Of a stretch of 64,000 bases of DNA, positions 13,701-25,700 are shown one piece after another. This DNA is from Scyliorhinus canicula (taxonomy: Eukaryota). The stretch covers positions 38,369,729 through 38,433,728 of the forward strand of contig NC_052158.1 of NCBI RefSeq assembly GCF_902713615.1, written 5' to 3'. A model generated the notes under the pieces. The model had not been told where the DNA came from and searched no databases. It saw only the letters and a program-made list of their open reading frames with translations. Each line of letters begins with the position of its first letter. Position 1 is the stretch's first letter. Position numbers and translations under genes: made by a program.

Positions 13701-16700
13701 ATTCAGGGGAACCACAGATTTGAGCCAGGGAAGTGGGACAGAAAGGACTAAAAGATTTGTTTCTTGGGTTTGCAGGATTGAAGGAGCTGGAAGCAACTTA
13801 TGGGCTGGAGCAGAGGGACATGTTTAGATACATGCATGTTCGAAATTTTGTCAGGGAGGAGTTACAGATCTTCCCGAAGGAGCCGGCCTCCACATTGCTG
13901 GAGGAGGTACTGACGACAGGGGGACTGGAGAAGGTGGTAGTGTCAGTGATTTACGGGGCTATTTTAAAGAGGAGAAAGCACCACTGGAAGGGATCAAAAC
14001 AAAGTGGGAGGAAGAGTTGGGAGAGGGTATGGAGGAGGGGTTCTGGTGTGAGGTGCTCTGAAGAGTGAACGCCTCCACCTCGTGCATGAGGTTGGGGCTG
14101 ATACAGCTAAAGATGGTATGTGAGCACAACTCACAAGGGCAAAGATGAGCCGATTCTTTGAGGGGGTAGAAGATGTGTGTGAATGTTACGGAGGGCCGCA
14201 AATCACGTTCATATGTTTTGGTCCTGTCCAAAGCTAGAGGATTACTGGAAGGTGGTTTTTAGGGTAATCGCTAAAGTGGTGCACGTGAAACTGGACTCGG
14301 GCCCTCGGGAGGCCATATTTGGGGTGTCGGACCAGCCGGGGTTGGAAACGGGTGAGGAGACTGATGTATCCTTTGCCTCATTGATCTCCCAAAGGCGGAT
14401 GCTGTTGGGATGGAGAGCAACCTCTCCACCCTGTACCGTGGCGGGGGGACCTTTTGGAATGCTTGACTCTTGAGAAGGTTAAGTTTGAACTGAGGGGAAG
14501 GATGGAGGGGTTCTACAATTCATGGGCATTATTCATTATACAATTTCAAGAATTGGATAACAGCGAACATTAGTTGGAGGGGGATTGGGAGGGTTGGGGT
14601 GAGGGGGACTGTGAGTGTTAATGGTTCCCTTTTGTCATTGTTAGCATGCGGCACTTGTTTGGGGGTTGGTGGGAGGATGGGATTGTTGTTATTGATATGG
14701 GGATTATATTCGCTACCGCTTATTTTTTATTGCTGGTGGGTGCAAAGTTGGGAGAAAATGTGAAAAAGTAGAATAAAAATATTTTTAAAAGAAAAATGCC
14801 AGAACCACACAGTAATTCTGGCTGTATTTTTATCAGAAGCTACTTCACGGCTTGTTTTACCTCACCTTCCAATCACACAATTCTGAACTGTTTATAAAGA
14901 AACTGGTCATCCGTCTGCAGACATATCTTTAACCGAACTGATGCGAGCAGATGTTTGACCTCTGCTGACCTCTCAATCTAAAACTCAACTGAAACAGTTT
15001 TTCTACAAAGTGCCTGATCTTAGCTCCTCTCAGTAATTACATCATCTTACAAAGCTGAAATCTAGTTACCTCCACAGGGATCCCCTTAATCCAAACAAAA
15101 TTCCGTTAGCCCACACTGCTTATGATGCTGTCATTGCACCTCTGGCTCCCAAAACCTTTCACACCAGGATTCTTTAAAAACAATTCTGCAGCAGCCATAC
15201 ACACACTAACCCAGGCCTTTAACCCATACTGCACCATGACTGCAGCAGCCATACACACACTAACCCAGGCCTTTAACCCTTACTGCACCATGACTGCAGC
15301 AGCCATACACACACTAACCCAGGCCTTTAACCCTTACTGCACCATGACTGCAGCAACCATACACACACTAACCCAGGCCTTTAACCCTTACTGCACCATG
15401 ACTGCAGCAGCCATACACACACTAACCCAGGCCTTTAACCCTTACTGCACCATGACTGCAGCAGTCATACACACACTAACCCAGGCCTTTAACCCTTACT
15501 GCACCATGACTGCAGCAACCATACACACACCAACCCAGGTCTTTTACCCTTACTACACCATGGCTGCAGCAGCCATACACACACTAACCCAGGCCTTTAA
15601 CCCTTACTGCACCAAGTACCTAGCATACAATATACCCAAAATTCCTACATTTATCACAAGTTAAACTCAAAATCATTGTTGGCTCCAATCATTGTTTCTC
15701 TGCTTATGCTCATTTCATTAGATAATCTTACTTAGGGCAGCACGGCAGCATACTGGTTAGCACAATTGTTTCACAGCTCCAGGATCCCAGGTTCAATTCC
15801 CGGCTTGGGTCGCTGTCTGTGCGGAGTCTGCACATTCTCCCTGATGTGCGTGGGTTTCCTCCGGGGGCTCCGATTTCCTCCCACAGTCCAAAGATGTGCA
15901 GGTTAGGTGGATTGGCCATGCTAAATTGCCCCTTAGTTTCCAAAATTGCCCTTAGTGTTGGGTGGGGTTATGGGGATAGGGTGGGGTGCTCTTGTCAACA
16001 GCCGGTGCAGACTCGATGGGCTGAATGGCCTCCTTCTGCACTGTAAATTCTATTACTTCTCATGTATGCATTGAATTCCATTTTAAAATAAACAGTAATA
16101 AACGGTCCAAAGGTGTGCAGGTTAGGTGGATTGGCCATGCTAAATTGCTCCTTCATGCCCATAATGTTAGGCGGGGTTACTGGGTAACAGGGATAGAGTG
16201 GAGACGCGGACTTAAGTACTGCGCTCATTCCAAGGGCCGGTGCAGACTCGATGGGCCGAATGGCCTCCTCTGCACTGTAAATTCTATGATTCTATAACAT
16301 CGCGGATTATAATGGGAGAAATCCCAATTTCGACCTTTCATTTTCCTGTCGCTCTGTGCCCCTCATTAACAATTCATGGAAAACATTAATTGCTAACACT
16401 CCTTCCCAACTTCAAAAGCCTCTCACGACCTCCATGACCCTTGTCTGTAACTGTAAAAATGTACTATTTTCGAGTCTATTTAATAAATATAAAAGCTCAT
16501 TCTCGTGCATCGCCTTCCGATGGCTATTGAAACTGTAATGGGAACTCGAAACTATAAGTAACGAACACCATCCCAGCCAATGTCTCTCTTAAGGCACCGC
16601 CATATGCAATACCCGTATGTTCGTATGCCCAATTAATGACTGGTGTGTAAAGCAGCGCTCTGTTCAATGGGTGTCTGTATTTCGCTTGCCATCAGTTCTG

Positions 16701-19700
16701 AAAATTTCTCCTGGAATCAAGCTCCAATTCAGTTGGGTTAAAAAACGACGGGTAGGCGGAAACCCATCAGTTATACCCCCAGGGCCATTATGCCTGAAAG
16801 TGAATTTAAATGAAGGTGAGGTACAATGGAAAGAAATGTGAAGTGATTCATTTTCGCAGGAAGAATATGAGGAGACAGTATAAAATAAAGGTAATGACTC
16901 TAAAAGGGGACTGGAGAGTCTGGGTGTAGATGTGAAACAGTTCTTTAAAGGTGGCAGGAAAGTTGGAGAACGCAAGCAGTGTCCTAGGCTTTATTAGTGG
17001 CGGGGGATAGAATAAAAGAGGTTATGGTGAATATGAATATGAAAATGGAACCAGTTCGGCCTCAGCGAGAGCGTCCAGTTCTGGCACCACACTGTGGGCA
17101 GCATTTGATGACATTGGAGAAGGTACAGAAAACATTTACAAGAATAACTTGATGGATGAGGAGCTTCAATTATGAAGGCTGGATGAGTTACAACAGTTCA
17201 CCCAATGAAAAGGGTCGAGTGTAAACTTGATAGAGATATTCCAATTCATGAAGGGCCTGGATGGAGTAGAATAGGGAGACGCCGTTCCCACTGGGACGAA
17301 TACCAAAAGGAGCGGGCACAGATTTAAAGTAATTAGGAAAAGGAGCAAAAGTGATAGGAGAAAAACCTTTCTTCTCAGGCAGCAACTGGCTAGGAGTTGG
17401 AATGCTCTGCCCAAGAGTGTGGTGGAGGCAGGTTCAATAGAATTGTTCAAAAAGGGAATGAGACTGTCTTTTGAAAAGGAAGCAAGTGCAGGGGAGAAGG
17501 CGGGGGATTGGTAATGGATGAGTTGCTCAATCGGAGCGCCAGTGCGGGCAAGATGGCCCAGAGTCTCCTTTCTTACAACAACCATTCTGTGAGAAGCAAA
17601 TGAGGGTGTCTTAACAGCATGGACATTCAGGCAGGGAGTACAATGGGCGGCCCACTCTCCCCAAAAGTTTTTTTAAAAAACATACACTTGTCGCTCACTC
17701 CATTGACTTCAAACTATTTGACTCACTTGCTGTTTGGTTTTCCTTCTGCAGCCATCTATCCAGCTGTCCCTTGATGAGTCCATGGAAACCAGCTGAAGTG
17801 ATGGTGCACTCGCCCCAGTAGTGCTGGTCAAACGCTTCCGCCATCCATGTTTGCCTTGGAACAGTTATGTTCATATTTTTGTCATAATAGTCTGTCTCGC
17901 AGCCATCCAAAACTCCCATGACACTGTACTCTGGGAGATCCGCAACCCCATGGTTCAGGATGTACTGATAGAGGAGCGAATGAGACACTAGGACAAATAT
18001 ATATTTTTTAAAAGGACACAATTATCATTGACAGATCAAACACTAGAAACATCAGCTTGAGGGTCAACTTGGGAAAGAGCTTCAAATGAGTCAAATCTGA
18101 ATAATTTACACCAAAAAAATGTCTGCACTCGCGTGAAGAGTCAATGTATTAACGGCCCGGATATAGAAAAGTCTACCCACTTTCAATAATATTTACATTT
18201 CTGAGATAACAACGATAAATACGATGGTTCGAATAAGTTATGACAGTCCAATTTGTTTACCTCAGATATGGGGAGCTTCTATTGACTTCGAGCGGCAATG
18301 CGCCCAGTTTTATCATACTAAGCCATAGAGCAGGAGTTCCAAACTGGGGTACATGAAGGATCTCCAAAGGGGTGGGCGAGGCTGGAGGCCGCCATGTGGA
18401 CGCCAACGCCGGTTCGAAAGCTCAAAGTTTCAAAATCGGCCGTTCACCTGAGGAAAGAGCTGTGTTCCGAAAGCTGGTGATTCGAAACAACTCTGTTGGA
18501 CTTTAACCTGGTGTTGTAAGACTTCTTACTGTACTTTAAAAATCAGGGCACTGGATGCCGATAGGCAAGTATTAATCTTCTCCTTCATTCGCCCACAATT
18601 GCAATGATTTATTTTTCTGTTCTTTCCTCTGCGCTGTGTTTATTTCCAGCTCAGTCCCCCCAATCACTACACTTACTGGCCCGCTGTTCTGGTTCCCTGT
18701 TCACAATGTGGTCTACTCTATATCGGAGAGACCAAATGCAGACTGTGGGTGATCAATCTACATAATTTGCTCAGTCTGCAGAGATAACCTGACCTTCTGG
18801 CCCCTTGCCATTTCAGATCATCATCTTGCTCTCATGCTCACATTTCTGTCCTTGACCTGCTCCGTTTCAGCTAAACCGAACACAAACTGTGGGCACAGCA
18901 CCGCACCTTCCAGTGAAGCATTTTACAGCCTCCCAGATTCAATAGCGAATTTAACAACTTCAGACTGTGAACTCTATCTCCCATTTTTAAATGTGTTGTG
19001 GCCCTGCCTTCTGGAGCTGTAGTGCCCAGAATTGATTGCATTACTACAAACCTAATGTACCCAATAGAACTGTGGCATGATAATGACTTGCAAAAGCAAA
19101 ACACTGAAGACGTTGGAAATCTGAAATTAAAAGAAATTGCTGGAAATAATCAACAGGGAGGCAGCAACAAATCTGAAGAAAGGTTATGGACCTGATAAAT
19201 TAAACCTGTTCATTTCTCAAGCATTTTAACAATCTCTTTGTTTTCCATGTTTATCATGTTCTTTGTTTATCATGACACAAAGGTCCAGTAACCTCTTTTA
19301 ATTATTATTTATGTATCATTTATTAGTAATTTATGTACTTCTCATGCTACTTTCTAATTCTCTCTATTGTGCTCAGATACAGCTACTTGCCATTTCACAC
19401 TGTTCTATGTCCCAGGTGGATAACCACATACTTCCTCGCATTCATAAAATCATAGAATTCTTACAGTGCAGAAGGAGGTCATTTGGCCCATCGAGCCTGC
19501 ATCAAAAGAGCACCCCCCCAGGCCCAATCCCCCACTCTAGCCTCATAAAGCTGTAATCCCACCCAACCTTTGGGCACTAAGGAGCATTGTTTTTAAACAT
19601 TGGTCTACCTGCCATAGATCTGCACTTTCGCTTAGTTTATCAATGTCTTTTAATAACTTTATGTTCCTATTTACTAAACAGACCACCCCCAAAATGGAGT

Positions 19701-22700
19701 AATTGGAAAATGCATTGATGTATAATTCTAGTCATTTAGTTTAAGCTATTAAAGAGTTTAGCTTCCACTCATCATGTCCTTGGCGATTTGTAAGATTTCT
19801 CTATTGGCTGATTCCCACCTCCTCACTAATTTGCTGCACAATCCTCCAATTGTTTGCAATCTGCAAGGTTTCGTTTTCTGTTAATGGCCTCCTACATGGA
19901 ACTATCCTAGCACCTTCTGGAAGTCAGTGTAAGTAACATTCATAGAAAATCCCTTCTTGGCCATGTCAGTAACTTCCTCACATTAATTTTTATGACATTA
20001 GTGAGAGTTCTCTGGAGGCTGTTCTCGAAATATCACCAAGAAAGCAATTCACTGCATAAGGATGCGTGTTAATCACAAGAACTACCATCAAACCATACAA
20101 TCTTCATAAGAAGGTGGCCGTCCACATCATCATTAGATCCAGCAGAGGGCAGCAGAGCAGAGCTACTGATCAGCTGTACTGGGGAAATTTGCATACGTGC
20201 AGTGCGGTCAGCCTAAGTTGAAGGTGAATCTGCGAAGGAGACCCGAGGAATTTGAGTGAAGGCAATCATCCAGCAGAGGGCAGCAGAGCAGAGCTACTGA
20301 TCAGCTGTTCTGGGGAAATTTGCATACGTGCAGTGCGGTCAGCCTAAGTTGAAGGTGGTTTGTGGAGAGGCTGTTGGCAAGTGACAGTTAAACCCGAAAC
20401 ACTTCGTGAGTGTTTCCCACCCCACGGTGGTTGGGAAGCGGGAGCAGGGGCCTGTCGTGAAGGTGAGTGAGTGAGTGCCTTTAAATTTGCTTACCTTTCA
20501 GCGGGAGTAGGGTTTGAGGTAATATCAGGTAAGCTCTTCCTTTCTTTTTCTTTTTCTTGTTTTTTTTTTTTAATCTAGAGGTGATGTCAGGGAAGGCAGT
20601 ACAATGCTCCTCCTGCAGAATGTTTGAGGTGAGGGACGCCGTCAGTGTCCCTGCTGATTTCATCTGTGGGAAGTGCACCCAACTCCAGCTCCTCAAAAAC
20701 CGTGTTAGGGACCTGGAGCTTGAGCTGGATGAACTTCGGATCATTCGGGAGGCAGAAGGGGTCATAGATAGGAGCTTCAGGGAAGTAGTTACACCAAAGA
20801 CTGGAGATAGATGGGTAACTGTAAGAGGGACTGGGAAGAAGCAGTCAGTGCAGGGACCCCCTGCGGTCGTTCCCCTGAGTAACAAGTATACCGTTTTGGA
20901 TACTTGTGGGGGGGGGACTTACCAGGGGTAAGCCATGGGGTACGGGCCTCTGGCACGGAGTCTGTCCCTGTTGCTCAGAAGGGAAGGGGGGAAAGGAGTA
21001 GAACATTAGTAATTGGGGACTCAATAGTCAGGGGCACAGATAGGAGATTTTGTGGGAGCGAGAGAGACTCACGTTTGGTATGTTGCCTCCCAGGTGCAAG
21101 GGTACGTGATGTCTCGGATCGTGTTTTCCGGGTCCTTAAGGGGGAGGGGGAGCAGCCCCAAGTCGTAGTCCACATTGGCACTAACGACACAGGTAGGAAA
21201 GGGTACAAGGATGTCAGGCAGGCCTTTAGGGAGCTAGGATGGAAGCTCAGAGCGAGAACAAACAGAGTTGTTATCTCTGGGTTGTTGCCCGTGCCACGTG
21301 ATAGTGAGATGAGGAATAGGGAGAGAGCAATTAAACATGTGGCTACAGGGATGGTGCAGGCGGGAGGGATTCAGATTTCTGGATAACTGGGGCTCTTTCT
21401 GGGGAAGGTGGGACCTCTATAGACAGGATGGTCTACATCTGAACCTGAGGGGCACCAATATCCTGGGGGGGAGATTTGTTAGTGCTCTTTGGGGGGGTTC
21501 AAACTAATTCAGCAGGGGCATGGGAACCTGGATTGTAGTTTTGGGGTACGGGAGATTGAGAGTATAGAGGTCAGGAGCACAGATTTGACTTCGAAGGAGG
21601 GTGCCAGTGTTCAGGTAGGTGGTTTGAAGTGTGTCTACTTCAATGCCAGGAGTATACGAAATAAGGTAGGGGAACTGGCAGCATGGGTTGGTACCTGGGA
21701 CTTCGATGTTGTGGCCATTTCAGAGACATGGATAGAGCAGGGACAGGAATGGTTGTTGCAGGTTCCGGGATTTAGGTGTTTTAGTAAGCTCAGAGAAGGG
21801 GGCAAAAGAGGGGCAAGTGTGGCGCTGCTAGTCAAGGACAGTATTACGGTGGCGGAAAGGATGCTAGATGGGGACTCTTCTTCTGAGGTAGTATGGGCGG
21901 AGGTTAGAAACAGGAAAGGAGAGGTCACCCTGTTGGGAGTTTTCTATAGGCCACCTAATAGTTCTAGGGATGTAGAGGAAAGGATGGCGAAGATGATTCT
22001 GGAAAAGAGCGAAAGTAACAGGGTAGTTGTTATGGGAGACTTTAACTTTCCAAATATTGACTGGAAAAGATATAGTTCGAGTACATTAGATGGGTCGTTC
22101 TTTGTACAATGTGTGCAGGAGGGTTTCCTGACACAATATGTTGACAGTCCAACAAGAGGCGAGGCCACATTGGATTTGGTTTTGGGTAATGAACCAGGCC
22201 AGGTGTTAGATCTGGAGGTAGGTGAGCACTTTGGAAACAGTGACCACAATTCGGTGACCTTTACGTTAGTGATGGAAAGGGATAAGTATACCCCGCAGGG
22301 CAAGAGTTATAGCTGGGGTAAGGGCAATTATGATGCCATTAGACATGACTTAGGATGTGTTGGTTGGAGAAGTAGGCTGCAAGGGTTGGGCACACTGGAT
22401 ATGTGGAGCTTGTTCAAGGAACAGCTATTGCATGTTCTTGATAAGTACGTACCAGTCAGGCAGGGAGGAAGGGGTCGAGCGAGGGAACCATGGTTTACCA
22501 AAGAAGTGGAATCTCTTGTTAAGAGGAAGAAGGAGGCCTATGTGAAGATGAGGCGTGAAGTTTCAGTTGGGGCGCTTGATAGTTACAAGGAAGCGAGGAA
22601 GGATCTAAAGAGAGAGCTGAGACGAGCAAGGAGGGGGCATGAGAAGTCTTTGGCAGGTAGGATCAAGGAAAACCCAAAAGCTTTCTATAGGTATGTCAGG

Positions 22701-25700
22701 AATAAAAGAATGACTAGGGTAAGAGTAGGGCCAGTCAAGGACAGTGGTGGGAAGTTGTGTGTAGAGGCTGAGGAGATAAGCGAGATACTAAATGAATACT
22801 TTTCGTCAGTATTCACTCAAGAAAAAGATAATATTGTGGAGGAGAATGCTGAGACCCAGGCTATTAGAATAGATGGCATTGAGGTGCGTAGGGAAGAAGT
22901 GTTGGCAATTCTGGACAAGGTGAAAATAGATAAGTCCCCGGGGCCGGATGGGATTTATCCTAGGATTCTCTGGGAAGCCAGGGAAGAGATTGCTGAGCCT
23001 TTGGCTTTGATTTTTAGGTCATCATTGGCTACAGGAATAGTGCCAGAGGACTGGAGGATAGCAAATGTGGTCCCTTTGTTCAAGAAGGGGAGTAGAGATA
23101 ACCCCGGTAACTATAGGCCGGTGAGCCTAACGTCTGTGGTGGGTAAAGTCTTGGAGAGGATTATAAAAGATACGATTTATAATCATCTAGATAGGAATAA
23201 TATGATTAGGGACAGTCAGCATGGTTTTGTGAAGGGTAGGTCATGCCTCACAAACCTTATCGAGTTCTTTGAGAAGGTGACTGAACAGGTAGACGAGGGT
23301 AGAGCAGTTGATGTGGTGTATATGGATTTCAGTAAAGCGTTTGATAAGGTTCCCCACGGTCAGCTATTGCAGAAAATACGGAGGCTGGGGATTGAGGGTG
23401 ATTTAGAGATGTGGATCAGAAATTGGCTAGTTGAAAGAAGACAGAGAGTGGTAGTTGATGGGAAATGTTCAGAATGGAGTTCAGTTACGAGTGGCGTACC
23501 ACAAGGATCTGTTCTGGGGCCGTTGCTGTTTGTCATTTTTATAAATGACCTAGAGGAGGGCGCAGAAGGATGGGTGAGTAAATTTGCAGACGGCACTAAA
23601 GTCGGTGGAGTTGTAGACAGTGCGGAAGGATGTTGCAGGTTACAGAGGGACATAGATAAGCTGCAGAGCTGGGCTGAGAGGTGGCAAATGGAGTTTAATG
23701 TGGAGAAGTGTGAGGTGATTCACTTTGGAAAGAATAACAGGAATGCGGAATATTTGGCTAATGGTAAAATTCTTGGTAGTGTGGATGAGCAGAGGGATCT
23801 CGGTGTCCATGTACATAGATCCCTGAAAGTTGCCACCCAGGTTGATAGGGTTGTGAAGAAAGCCTATGGTGTGTTGGCCTTTATTGGTAGAGGGATTGAG
23901 TTCCGGAGCCATGAGGTCATGTTGCAGTTGTACAAAACTCTAGTACGACCGCATTTGGAGTATTGCGTACAGTTCTGGTCGCCTCATTATAGGAAGGACG
24001 TGGAAGCTTTGGAACGGGTGCAGAGGAGATTTACCAGGATGTTGCCTGGTATGGAGGGAAAATCTTATGAGGAAAGGCTGATGGACTTGAGGTTGTTTTC
24101 GTTAGAGAGAAGAAGGTTAAGAGGTGACTTAATAGAGGCATACAAAATGATCAGAGGGTTAGATAGGGTGGACAGCGAGAGCCTTCTCCCGCGGATGGAG
24201 GTGGCTAGCACGAGGGGACATAGCCTTAAATTGAGGGGTAATAGATATAGGACAGAGGTCAGAGGTGGGTTTTTTACGCAAAGAGTGGTGAGGCCGTGGA
24301 ATGCCCTACCTGCAACAGTAGTGAACACACCAACATTGAGGGCATTTAAAAATTTATTGGATAAGCATATGGATGATAAGGGCATAGTGTAGGTTAGATG
24401 GCCTTTAGATTTTTTCCATGTCGGTGCAACATCGAGGGCCGAAGGGCCTGTACTGCGCTGTATCGTTCTATGTTCTATGTTCTATGTTCTATCTCGACGT
24501 TGATTCATTTGCCACCTTGTATTCTTGAACCAGCGCCTGACCATCCATATAGTCTGTGGTGAATGTATAATGCGTATAATTCACACTGTGTATCACTGTG
24601 TCCCTGTGGGCCGTTGCATGTGAAGTTAAAACTCACCACTATTCTTAGAATTCCCCCTATACCAAAAGAAAAGGTTGATATTCTAAATGGTGAACAGGGA
24701 TTCTCACTCCCTGACTCCAATGCTGGCTTCTGTGGGTGCTATTCAGGTCAAACTATCTTTTCAAGTTATCCCCCGGTATAACCCATACCCATAGGGGCTG
24801 GTTTAGCTCACAAGGCTAATCGCTGGCTTTTAAAGCAGACCAAGCAGGCCAGCAGCACGGTTCGATTCCCTTACCAGCCTCCCCGGACAGGCGCCGGAAT
24901 GTGGCGACTAGGGACTTTTCACAGTAACTTCATTGAAGCCTACTCGTGACAATAAGCGATTTTCATTTCATTTTCATACCTTCACCGAAGAATTTTACCT
25001 ACTTACCCCTTAATAGCATTGATGTCCTGGGTCCTGCGTTATTAAGGAAGTGAAGTAAGCTAATAACCACTTTTTCAGGTTAAGTTATTTTTATTATTAT
25101 ATTTTTTCTTTTAAAAGCTGCAAACACTTTCTTTACAGAAAGGAAAAAAGATCTTGCTTCTGGCTGCTGGTTGCTTCAGGCCCACCTTGGCAATCGATCT
25201 TCTTAAAATCTGATCTTCTTGAGTTGTATTCGCTGGTGAACTCGGTTGCTGTGTCCTGTTCTTCCCATGCACCGAGCTGTGAGAGCTGGCTCTGCTAGCT
25301 ATCTCTAAGCTGACTCTGACTCCTGTTTAAATTCTAGTCTTCCTTAGATGTATAACTGTTTAAACTCGGCTGCTTGCCTTGTCTTTCCCATGACCGAGCT
25401 CTCTCTCTCTCTCTGAGTTCTCCTCCCCTCCTCTCCTGTTGCTGGTTGCTGTTGCTCTGTCCTCTGCTCCCTGGGTTTATATTCTCTTTCTGAGAGTTAT
25501 TAAGTTTTAACGACTTTATTGTAAATGGGCTTGTTTCACTTTGATAGTTTAAAAGTATCTTTGATGTAAGCATCTTACTACAACTAATTATTCATTTTGG
25601 GCATATCGTCTCCTCTCAGATCTGATTTAAAAAATGCTTTGGTTTCAATAGTTAACTTTTATTTCTGTGATTTCGAATCGTTTAATTTTCCAATTGTCCC

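Larger units (their letters stand above)
12240..15660 (-). mobile_element. LTR-like element fragmented by nested insertions (homologous to 27998-28750)
   Basis: Segments 12240-12330, 12520-12655, 15060-15185 and 15615-15660 align in order with 28000-28750 (ggaccagacccc; ctggctcccaaaa; aaattcctacatttatcaca). Confidence 0.6.
20128..24492 (+). mobile_element. Near-full-length CR1 LINE: 5' UTR with 131-bp tandem repeat, frameshifted ORF1, open ORF2, (gttctat)n tail
   Basis: ORF1 pieces have a zinc-finger-like CxxC...CxxC and an SGNH esterase motif ([14 protein letters not shown]). ORF2 has an APE endonuclease and RT. Confidence 0.96.

Noticed and set aside
15122-15664. 180-aa repetitive ORF as a real protein
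   Set aside because: Explained by a stop-free 54-bp tandem repeat in an LTR-like element; there is no splice or homology support.
11288-17987. Class II or W-category identity for the MHC gene
   Set aside because: It has separate alpha1, alpha2 and alpha3 exons in one chain, with the class I alpha2 disulfide and N86 glycan, which is class I organisation.
17988-18021. ATG of ORF 17695-18021 ([11 protein letters not shown]) as the class I start
   Set aside because: It lies in the intron's polypyrimidine tract before the acceptor at 17988, is not a signal peptide, and a proper leader exon exists at 46869-46941.
20120-24500. Target-site duplication around the full-length CR1
   Set aside because: No matching direct repeat was found at the two flanks by eye.
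25090-25095. LTR-borne AATAAA in the sense orientation as a premature poly(A) site for the MHC gene
   Set aside because: Such hexamers are common in AT-rich introns, the LTR call itself is uncertain, and there is no transcript evidence.
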